Source: Chiloscyllium plagiosum (lineage: Eukaryota). From it: DNA of 64,000 bases. Under the pieces are notes generated by a model. It was not told where the DNA came from. It saw only the letters and a list, made by a program, of their open reading frames with translations, and searched no databases. The stretch is taken from the NCBI RefSeq assembly GCF_004010195.1, contig NC_057720.1, forward strand, positions 19,033,601 through 19,097,600. Reading direction: 5' to 3'. This document shows, piece after piece, positions 52,091 through 62,569 of this stretch. Every line of letters begins with the position of its first letter. Positions within the stretch are counted from its first letter, which is position 1. The translations under genes were made by a program, and so were the position numbers.

Positions 52091-54140
52091 GCTTCTGGGT
52101 CAGAGTTTCCCAATGTGAGTGTATTCATATATATTTTAGTACTATGTGCATTCATGTTATTCTCTAGAAATGGTGCTTGATTATTTTCAGCACCGTTGAA
52201 TTCTATTTATATGGTTTACTGTGATACTTTATGACATTACCCTACTTGGTCAGATAACTTCTGCAGAGCTTTTGGATTTTAATTAAAAATAGTGTTTCAA
52301 GCTACACTCGAGCACTATAATAAATGTGTGGTTTAGATTGGTGGAGATATAATTGAGCTTGTCTCTTATCCCCTAGAGGCCTTTTGCATGAAGACTCTGA
52401 TGTAGAATGGGCACTTTAGTGAAAATATTAGACCGTTGTTAGTACCTGTGACACTACTCCAGTAAGAACTCATGTCTTCCTGAAAACAGGAGACGCAAAA
52501 AAAGAAAACTGATGTGCAAACTGTGCCTTCACTCACTTTCTCCTTCACACTGTTCAGTCAGACTAACTACCTTTAACTGTACGTATTATTGTGACTCACT
52601 AAATTTCGAAATGTATACAGTTTCAAAGAATGAATGGATTAAGGGACCCTACAATATATTTGGGACTCACTTTTTAATTTTGATTATAAAACCTACATCA
52701 GTTTCAAATGTAGATTGAGTGAACACTAATCTAAAGGTGTAATAGTCTTGATTAATTGCAAGATCTATTCCACAATTTTATAAATTTTAGTCTATCATAA
52801 CCAGTACAAAAGAAGTAATACTTAATAAAAGCAGTGGCACTTCAGTTGATCCACTTCATGATGCCAATAGTTGGCTGGGCACAGGTCTCTTGTTCTCGTG
52901 ACTGAAGTTCTCCCTTCTTCAACCTTTGTTTCTTGTGCATTGAACCCTTAAGGATCAATACTTAGCCCTTGCCAGCTGCTATCGCTGCAAATAATTGGAA
53001 ACCTGCTGAACTCTAATTGGCTCTTTAGTGGCCAAACAGTTCATAGTTAAAAATCACACAACACCAGGGTATAGTCCAGCAGGTTTATTTGGAAGTACGA
53101 ACTTTCAGAGCACTGCTCCTTCATCAAGTAACTAGTGGGGCAGGATCAGAAGACACAGAATTTATAGTAAAAGATCACCGTGTCATGCAATTAAAACGAT
53201 ATATTGAACAAACCTAGATTGCTGTTGTCTTCCATCTTTTAGAATGGGTTTCAGGTTTTGGTTCATTAATATGTAAATCCCACAACTTCTTTTAAGGCAC
53301 ATTCTCGAGATAACTCGTGTTTTACGTAAAAATGACATCCCAGCTCAGACAATGCATTAAAGGTGTGAGGTTAGAGATTGTCTGTATCCCAATCTTGAGT
53401 CAGACTGGTTCTATTTCCAAAGTAGGAATTTATAAATGTTACATGGATTGACTGCCTGCAGGTTGTGTGCTTTTTGAACAAAAATAGAATGTATCTGCAA
53501 ATGCAAATTCACCCCATATGTGCACATGTGAGGGAGAGCGAGTGAGTGTGTGTTTGTTTGTGTGTGCGCGTGTGCTTGGTAGAGTGCGCATGTGAGTGTG
53601 ACGGAGTATAAGCCTGTGTGGGTGTCAGAGAGAGAGCGTGTGTATGAGAGAGGGTCTGCGTGAGTGAGAGAGTATGAGAGAGAGTCTGTATAGTGTAGTG
53701 GGGTCACCTGTATTGTGGTATGAACTCAACATCCTGGTTGAGGCCATCGCCATGCATACCAAAGTTGGCTATCAGTCTCTGGGGTGATAGTAAATCACAA
53801 GGAGGTGATACTACATACTCTAAAAGAGTATGAGGTTGAGGCCACTCTCATGGGTACTAAACTTGGCTATCAGCCTCTGCTCGGCCACTCTGCATTGTTG
53901 CATATCCTGAAATCAGCCTTAGAGGATGGTCAACTGAAGATTTGAGGCCAAATGTCCCAGTCCGCTGGAGTACTCCCCCAACTGTCTTGCGATTGTTGTG
54001 CCAGGATGTTCCCAGTCAGGGAGCACTTTAGCTGTCCAGGACACTTGGCCTCGAGTCTTCGGGTAACAGTTCCTCAAGGCTGACTTCAGGATATGCAACA
54101 ACGCAAAGTGGCCGAGCAGAGACTGATAGCCAAGTTTGGT

Positions 54141-54351
54141 GGAGAAAGTGAGGTCTGCAGATGCTGGAGATCAAAGTTGAAACTTTATTGCTGGAACAGC
54201 ACAGCAGGTCAGGCAGCATCCAGGGAACAGGAGATTCGACGTTTCGGGCACAGGCCCTTCCTGAAGAAGGGCCTGTGCCCGAAACGTCGAATCTCCTGTT
54301 CCCTGGATGCTGCCTGACCTGCTGTGCTGTTCCAGCAATAAAGTTTCAACC
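54141..54351. mobile_element. Young family A insertion forming a perfect palindrome, 14-bp TSD
   Basis: Arms 54176-54260 and 54266-54350; TAGCCAAGTTTGGT at 54127-54140 and 54352-54365. Confidence 0.9.
54258..54291 (+). ncRNA. Minimal hammerhead ribozyme motif, intact core
   Basis: TTC-CTGAAGA-A-GGGC-CTGT-GCCC-GAAAC-GTC-GAA; stem I TTC/GAA; predicted cleavage after 54288. Confidence 0.8.
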
Positions 54352-54782
54352 TAGCCAAGTTTGGTACCCATGAGAGTGGCCTCAACCTCATACTCTTTTA
54401 GAGTATGTAGTATCACCTCCTTGTGATTTACTATCATCCCAGATGTTCCAACTAATTCTCTGTAAAAGGTCAAACAACTACAAAACTCACCACATGTACA
54501 GAAGCTATTTCTAAAGTAATATATATATATACACATATAGACTTATGGGTAGCCACACTTCTACAAGTCCATAGAAGTAAACATGGTTTAGTTTTGTAAC
54601 TTAATGTTCCAAAACAAAGCTATGTTCTTGAATTAAAACCTTTTCGGCTCAAAGAATTCTCATGTGTTAGCTTAAATTTATGCTGGCTTGTGCAACAAAG
54701 CAGCAGTTAAACCTTGCTTTTGGCCTGGCCATATGGCTTTTTCTCCCTTGCAGAAACTGTTTTCCAACTAACTCCAATTAAG

Positions 54783-55035
54783 GAGGCAAAAGTGAGGACT
54801 GCAGATGCTGGAAACCAAAATTCAGATTAGAGTGGTGCTGGAAAAGCACAGCAGGTCATGCAGCATCCGAGGAGCAGGAATCCTGATGAAGCGCTTTTGC
54901 CTGAAACGTCGATTTTCCTGCTTCTCTGACACTGCCTGACCTGCTGTGCTTTTCCAGCACCATACTCTTGACTCCTATACTCAATGCTCTGACCAATAAA
55001 AGGAAAGCATAGGATGGTGATTACTATCTACCTGC
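54783..55035. mobile_element. Family A inverted-pair insertion carrying a CR1-derived tail
   Basis: AACTCCAATTAAG at 54770-54782 and 55036-55048; hammerhead AATC-CTGATGA-A-GCGC-TTTT-GCCT-GAAAC-GTC-GATT at 54879-54914. Confidence 0.8.
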
Positions 55036-56349
55036 AACTCCAATTAAGCAGACTATAATTTAATTCTTCACTTGCTTAAACAAGGCAAAATCGTTGCTTT
55101 ATTGAAAAAAAATCCTCCATTCTAGGTCCCCTTTTCCCTTCAATAATATTTTCTAATGATGTACCTGAAAACAAAAGTCAAATTAATTTGATTAAGGAAG
55201 AGGAATTTGTACAAGTAATCTACAATTGCACAGACCATTGAAAATGAGTCTTTTTAATTTGAGTAGACTTAATGGCTTCACTTTGTATCCCAAACTATTA
55301 TGTTTATTTAAAGATATTCTAATTGTTCAATCAATTTAGCTATTACATTTTGAACATTTTATGGTGATGGAGGGAAGATTTTGAATTTATATTGTACGTA
55401 TTAAAACTAAATGGTCCATTTCTTTGCATGTAGAAGTGCACCTGAATTTCTACAACAAAAATGCGTATTGTAGAGAGCCAGAATGATGTGGTATGTTGAA
55501 TCAGAAATCTGTCTGTAAGGCATTCTTTACTTAATTCATTGCGTAACTAATGCTAATTGCTTCCTATAAGGCTGTGCTCCATTACAATTGCCAGCTTTTA
55601 TGTTTTGTCTTTAAGTCACAGTAACTTGATTCCTCTTGTAAAGGTTATAAATCGCTGGCCAGAAAACAGAAACATTTAGATACTATTTGTTGCTATTTAG
55701 ATGGATCCTGTTTGAAACACTTGTCTGTTGATACAACAGCATCATCAAATTGAAATTGTTATCTGTTGCATTTGCTCACATTCCTGTTTAGTGTGGAATA
55801 CATTGATCTTTACACAGAATGTAATTATTATAGGAACAGAGATCATTTGTCTCCAAGCTTTTTCTTCTGAATCAATGAACTACTCACTGGCTTTGTCGTC
55901 TGATCAGTTTCCACATTTATTATAATAACACCACCTTTCTACATCTTAATCTATTCAACACCTCTCTTAACTCCTCCATTATCTGTATCGTCAGACTTCT
56001 TGCTGTCATCCAGCAATGCAAGGAAAAATTGGGAAGACTAAAGCCAGAATCTTTGACCCCACTCCCTAATTTTCACAATATGTATTCTAAATCCTATTGC
56101 ATCACCCTTGGATGAGGAACTGCTGGTTTGTGCCCTGCCCTCAGTGCCATAGGTTCCTCAGATGGCACTGAGCAGGGTCAGATGCCAAATTACAGTAAAT
56201 TGTTGTTCAAGAGCCTGTAAACGTTCTGCTACCAGCATTGCATATGGCGTACACCATTCTGGTAAATGTGTGACATTTATTTTTATTTGCCTCCTTTTAC
56301 CTTAGTGCAGTGTTTCAAACATTTGTCATTTCTGTTTGCCATTGTTGTG

Positions 56350-56732
56350 ATCAAGCCATGACCAACCATCACTGGTATCCATACATTGAGACGAAGAGGG
56401 ACACCAGTTCGACTGGGAAAATACATCCATCCTGGAACAGGCCAAACAAAGACGTGTGAGAATTTGTAGAGGCCTGGCAATCAAACCAGAACTCCATTAA
56501 TAAACATATCAATTTGGACCCTATTTACCAACACCTCAGAACCAGAACTGGAAATGATATCACCTACCACAACAAACTAATACATATAAATAACAAGCAG
56601 GACAGATCACCAACACTTCACCTGAGGCTCACTGATGATGTTACCTAGCTTCGTGACAAAACGTCTGAAAACAAATCCACAGCTCAGTGAGCAAACGGAC
56701 AACCTGAGCAACAAATCCTCTCCAAAATCTCA
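56350..56732 (+). mobile_element. Penelope family B 3' fragment with terminal repeat
   Basis: GHQFDWENTSILEQAKQR...EAWQSNQNSINKHINLDPIYQHL; hammerhead TCA-CTGATGA-T-GTTACC...GTGAC-AAAAC-GTC-TGA at 56629-56668. Confidence 0.8.
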
Positions 56733-56739
56733 ATTTTCT

Positions 56740-57130
56740 TTCTTATGCCATTTTCGCATGTATTTTTGAGACACCGGGTAGGTTCGCTAACTGAATGACC
56801 CCCCCACCCCCACCCCCAGACTTTACCACACCACGACCATTGTACTTTAGCAGTAAGACCTTAGACTGTGGTCTTTCCCCATTGCGTCTTGGCAGCAGCT
56901 GCCCCAAACTTTTGTGTGTCTCTCAGCATGTAGTCCTGAACCTTGAAATGTGGTAGTCTGCAACATCTGGCTAAGGTCAACACTGGAAGGCCAACAAGTT
57001 TTGGACAGACCAAAGAACATCTTGCACTAAGTTGATGAACTTCCAGGAGGATGTTTGTCTCAGTGGGCGTCCTGGGGAATAGACCGTGGTGCACCGAGTC
57101 ATGCATCATGGAGCTGCTTGAGACAAAATT
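56740..57130 (-). mobile_element. Tx1/L1-clade LINE 3' fragment
   Basis: ORF 56861-57109 (HGLFPRTPTETNI...CCRLPHFKVQDYMLRDTQKFGAAAAKTQWGKTTV) resembles a Tx1 ORF2 C-terminus. Confidence 0.6.
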
Positions 57131-59467
57131 GCATTATTATTTGATGATTCCTTGTGTATGATTATAAGTTTTCATCAAAGAAGAGTGTGACATGTATGCT
57201 CCTTTATTTGTGTGTGCATTTTAAAGTAATGTGGATAATTATACTTTAATGTGCTTTTGATAAGTATCAAGTACTTTTTTATTAAAATGATATGTATCTT
57301 GAGAGGGCACAAAGTTGATAAATGGAAGTGAATTGTGATTTCTAAAATGAGCTCCACTGCCTTTACAATGAAATGAATACAAATAGGTTAGACATAAATG
57401 CTCAACTTCATTTTCTGCATATCTGATATTTCCTGCTAAGAAAGAACAACTGAAAGATGGCAGACCGATATTTTTGATGCTGAATGGAAAGCTGTGACAT
57501 GCTAAAACCAGTTCTTACTGTGCTTTGTATTGAAATTCCGTGCAGTTTTGGCCACTGTTGAGGTGTTGAGAGTTGATGAACTTGTCTGGATAAGAACTGA
57601 TTTTAATAATGCAAAAACAAGCTACAGTGCAAAGCTATTGCTTTCCTGTGATTATAAATTAGTGTAGCATCCAACAAAAATGTGATTTTAAAGGGTTAGT
57701 CATTTCAATATTTTCTATGTGGGAGCTATTCTCATTAATATCAACGCCATCAGGAAGGGAACTTTACTTTGAATAAGTGCTTTCTATCATGAGTAATTCA
57801 CCATTCCATAAAGTGGAAAAACCAGACAGTCTCTCTGGGCTGCAATCCATTATGGTAATGAAACCCTTTTGATGAATAAGGAAAAGTATTTTGAAGGGAT
57901 GCACTTGGTACACAAATACCCTTTTTTAAGTGCCTTTTGATCTTTACAGGCTGACACAACCTCTTAAGTGATCTGGTTGCTGTGGTGAATGACTTTATAT
58001 AATTGAGTTAGGCATTGTTAAATTTTTCATATCCTCCGATACAAGCCCATGTGAGTTGGCAACTGTTGAGGCAGAGCTTGATTTTATTTCTTTAAATATT
58101 TTTACCATTGGTGTAGCCAGTTTTAGATCCACTGCATGATTATAAGAATACTATATCAGACCCTCTGAAACGTGATTGACTTTGACTTTTACTATATTTT
58201 GGGTAGTTAGTGATGGGCAATAAATGCAGGCCCAGTCAGTGATGCCCACAGCCCATAACTGTATGTAAGAAAAATTCTTCAAAAACATGCTGCGTGGCTT
58301 GAAAAATACGTACCTTTCTACAGAATTGCAGTTGTGTAGTTTCTGCCTTTTGCTCCTTCCCTTAAACTAAGTAACATGAAGTGGACCATCCTTTTTTAGA
58401 AACTTTACCACGCTTATACTTGCGATCAAAATCATAATCAAAATATGCTACTCTGGTCTTTTTCATGTATTATACTATTAATCAAAATGATTCATGATTT
58501 AACTGCTATTCTACTGATGCAGCATTTTACCTTGTAAAATAATTCTCCAGACTAAATGGTATGATAAATTGTTGGCATCGTTGCTGAAAGCAATATGTTG
58601 AACTGCTGTAATGTCCAAGCCTATTAGTCACCGAACGTTTGAAGGTCTTATCCTGGATAGTTCTGTTAATGATTAAGTTCTCTGTGTGCTTTTGAGAGGT
58701 TTTAGTGCTGGAATGATTTGGAGTCCGCCATTATCTTTAACCTTTACCCCACAATACATTTGGAAAATCAGTCTGTCACGTGACAGGATGAAATAGTGTT
58801 AAAGCACATGTGGTTGAGAGATAATATAATTCTAGCAAACTATGTAAGCACTGCTCTATATTTTTATTGCCTTTTATAGAGGGGAAGAATTTTATAGAGG
58901 GTCTTTCATGACCTCTGAACACCCTAAATTACTATCTTGCCCATGGTATATTTTGAAGTGTAGTTATGTAAGAGGATGACAGTCAATTGATACACTGTAA
59001 GGTCCTCCATACAGCAGTCAGAAAAGTGACCCTGCATATCTGTTTTATTTCTGTTGGTCATGATAGAGAATTCTCATTTCTCGAATAGTGCTATGGCGTC
59101 TTCGCCATATACCTGAAAGACCTGACCTCTAGTAAAGATGAACTGAGGTCTGCAATATATTGTCAACAAACTTGGTGCTTTTTCAAAATTTGTTGATGGC
59201 ATGTCGGTATTTACTGCTTATCCCTGATGGCCAGATGACAGTTAAGAGTCAACCCCATTCCTGTAAGACTTTGAGTCTCTCACACACACCAGACCAGATA
59301 AAGTTGACAGATTTCCTTCCTTTAAAGGACATCAATGAATCAGATAGGTTCTTAAGACAATTGGCAGTAGTTACATAGTCTAGCTTTTATCTCCCAAGGT
59401 TTTAATTGAATTCAAATCTCACCATCAACCCTGGTGGGATTTGAAACAATGCCCCTCACAAGATTTA

Positions 59468-59570
59468 GAGCCATATAGAGTTACGTAGCATTGCAACAGA
59501 CCCTTCAGTTCAACCAGTCCATGCTGACCATAATCCCAAACTGAACTAGTCCCAACTGCTGTACTTATCC
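59468..59570 (-). mobile_element. CR1 3' tail fragment
   Basis: ACAGACCCTTCAGTTCAACCAGTCCATGCTGACCA...CTAGTCCCA. Confidence 0.65.
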
Positions 59571-60524
59571 TCCATGCATCTTCAGTCGGGCACAATCAGA
59601 TTACCGTTGGCAATGATGGGAAGTCAATAAGGCAGTCGAAAAGTTCATTAATGATTTCCCTTGACATTCTGATTTTCCCAGTGCCAGTGTGGATACCTGT
59701 AATATCAATGGTTCATCAGCTCAAAGGTTGAGAGAACATACTGGATTAAACTCATGAAAAAAACTCCTATGTTCAAAGACATGTAGTGGCCTGCCATTGG
59801 TGCAGAACCTTGAGCAGTTTGCTTCTACTGAGTGCAGTTGGGTTTAAGGGAATCATGGTATTTCCACCCTCTTCACTTCCCTTTGACAACAATGCTTGTT
59901 CTTGCTATCCCATCTCTGTAACTACACTCTCAATTACTAGAATTAAAGCTGGTTTTATTGTAACATGTATTCAAGCACAGGACTATAATGAACAATGTAC
60001 AAAGTTACCATTCTCTGATGCCATCATAGGTACAAAAACCCAAATAAAAAAACAACCATCATAGCTACAAAAACCAAAACAACCATCTAGGATTTTAAAA
60101 AACAGAATTAAAAAATAAAGTAGAAATACACAAAAAAGGTGGGGAAAAGCATCCAGATCTAAAAGTATAAGCGGACCTTCCTCCCCAAAGCCTTGAGTCT
60201 CGGTGCCGCTGCTCCCTCCGGCTGTCTGACCTCGCTATAGCTTTAGATTCTTCACTTCTCATCAAGCTACATCATCACTATGCCACCACCTCTCCATCTC
60301 TGGACTTAGTAGTGAATCAATAACCTCCTGAGAATGCTATCACTGATTCAGTGCTAACCAAATTATCATAGAATGCTTATAGTGCAGAAAGCCTTTCAGC
60401 CCTTCATCTCGGAACTGACTTTAAAGGAACAACTTACCTAGAGTCACCGTCTTGCCTTCGCAGGAGAAGCAAACTGCTTGAGATCCTGCAACTGTGCTGT
60501 TATGAGCGAAATCCTGGGTGAGAA

Positions 60525-62416
60525 TCCCCAAGCTAATGCTTTCAAATAAACCCTTTGGACTATAACCTGGTGTCGTGTGATTTTTGACCTGTATATTCTT
60601 GTAAAGGGAAGACCTGAAACATGTTGGTGCTAACTCTTTATCGGGTGGTTGTGGAACAGGACCATAAGACACACTTTATAATAAAAGGGTTGTAGTGTCA
60701 GGGAGCTGTAATGATATATTAAACAGATTTAAATTTGTTCATATCCCATTATAAACAAAAGTTTTAATCTAAGATTGTTTACTATGCCACATCTCCATGA
60801 CACTGGACTACTTTGGCTATAAATTCTGTGAGCATGGTCTTAACCTCCACAACCACCTGATGAAGGAGCGGCGCTCCAAAGGCTAGTGCTTCCAAATAAA
60901 CCTGTTGGACTATAACCTGGTGGTGTGATTTTTTTCGTAAAATTTAGATTAAGTCTTTCATCTTTTTAGAATAGGATATGCTAGTTTCGGTTCTTCAAAT
61001 GTAAATCCTAGAACTCTGGTGTTGGTGTTGGTGGGGGTGTGTGTGATGGGGTATAAGCCTGTGAGAGAATGCATGCATGGGTGAGAGTGCGAGGGTGTAT
61101 GTGTGTGCAAATGAGAGAGGGTCTGTATGAGTATGTTGGAGTGTGTGTGTCTGTGTGTGTGTGTGTATATATAGTGCAGTGGGGTCACCTGTAGTGTGAC
61201 ATGATCCCAAGGTCCCAGTTGAGGCCATCCCCATGCGTACTGAACTTGCCTATTAGCCTCTGCTGGGCCACTTTGCATTGTTGCTTGTCCCCAAGTCAGC
61301 CTTGGAGGATGGTCACCTGAAGATCTGAGGTCGAATCGCCTGGACCGCTGAAGTGTTCCCTGACTGGGAGGGAACCTGGTGATATTTGCGCAGTGTCCAT
61401 TCATCTGTTGTTGTTCATCTGCTCTGTCTTGCCAACATACCATGCCTCAGGGCATCCCTGATGGCAGCGTATGAGATAGACAACATTGGCCAAGTCACAT
61501 GAGTGTACATGGGCCAACGTTGGGGAACACTTCAGTGGTCCAGTACATTCAACCTCGAACCTTCGGGTGACCATCCTCCAAGGCAGTCTTTGGGACAAGC
61601 AACAGCGCAAAGTGACAATGCAGAGGCTGATAGCCAAGTTCCATACCCATGGGGATGGCCTCAACCAGGACCTTGGGTTCATGTCACACTACAGGTGACC
61701 CCATTGAACTATACACTCTCAAGCGCACACACGCATGTGCACACAGACACACTCCAACATACTCTCTTGCTCACGCAGGCCCCTGCTTATACTCTGGCTC
61801 TCTCACATACGCACACACATGCACCCCCTGCACTCTGCCCATGCACTGACCTCTCACAGGCTTATACCCCATCACATTCACACACATACTTGACGAAGCT
61901 TACACACACACTTTCACATGCACTCAAACTCACATGCACGCACTCACTCTGTCTCTCCTACACATACACACAAAAGTATATGAATTTATATTTGCAGAAT
62001 TATGTTTTATTTTGATCAAAAACTGCAAGAATTAATGTAAGATTCTGTAAGTCCCACTTTATAAATAGAACCAGTCTGACTCAACATTGGAACACCGACA
62101 AACTTTCACCTCAGATCTTTAATACATTGTCTAAGCTGAAATGGCACCTATTGTTAGAAAAGCTGAAGCTATCTTGAGAATGTAACTTAAAAGGAGTTCT
62201 GGGTTGACATATTAAAGAATGAAGTGAGCATATCCCATTCTAAAAGATGAAAGACTTACCTAAATTTGTTTAATATATCATTACAGCTCCATGAAACTGT
62301 AACCCTTTTGCTATAAATTTGTCTTATGGTCCTATTCCATAACCACCTGATGAAGAGGTAGTGCTCCGAAAGCTAATGCTTCCAAATAAACCTGGTGTTG
62401 TGTGATTTTTAACTTT
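60525..62416. mobile_element. Penelope-like element (family C): tandem terminal repeats, inverted GIY-YIG segment, forward copy
   Basis: Minus SCDLANVVYLIRCHQGCPEAWYVGKT (61390-61510); plus VGEHFSGPVHSTSNLRVTILQG...LIAKFHTHGDGLN (61513-61698); repeat ends near 60590, 60935 and 62415. Confidence 0.85.
60854..60888 (+). ncRNA. Hammerhead motif family C (GAAA mutated)
   Basis: CAC-CTGATGA-A-GGAGC-GGC-GCTCC-AAAG-GCTA-GTG; the copy at 62344-62378 keeps GAAAGCTA but has a damaged stem II. Confidence 0.65.
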
Positions 62417-62569
62417 TTCTTTGAAGTTTCTTTGACGCCTTGTCAGGTGTGACATTCCAGGTTCTGTCTCCAGACAGCTACGGAATTGACAAACACAATC
62501 ATTTTGGCTGCATTTGCCCTCCTTAAATCACGTAATGGAATTAAAAATTCAACAAGTCCATTGATGATC

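Larger units (their letters stand above)
53046..54390. mobile_element. Penelope-like element (family C) complex with inverted GIY-YIG C-terminal segments
   Basis: Terminal repeat with minus hammerhead at about 53097-53130; (GT/GA)-rich UTR; QQRKVAEQRLIAKFG on + at 54093 mirrored on - at 53850-53926. Confidence 0.78.

Noticed and set aside
54093..54391. Near-identical peptides on both strands
   Set aside because: A direct consequence of the DNA palindrome, not a gene pair.
61503..62015. 170-aa His/Thr-rich ORF
   Set aside because: Shifted Penelope frame running into a CA-rich low-complexity UTR.
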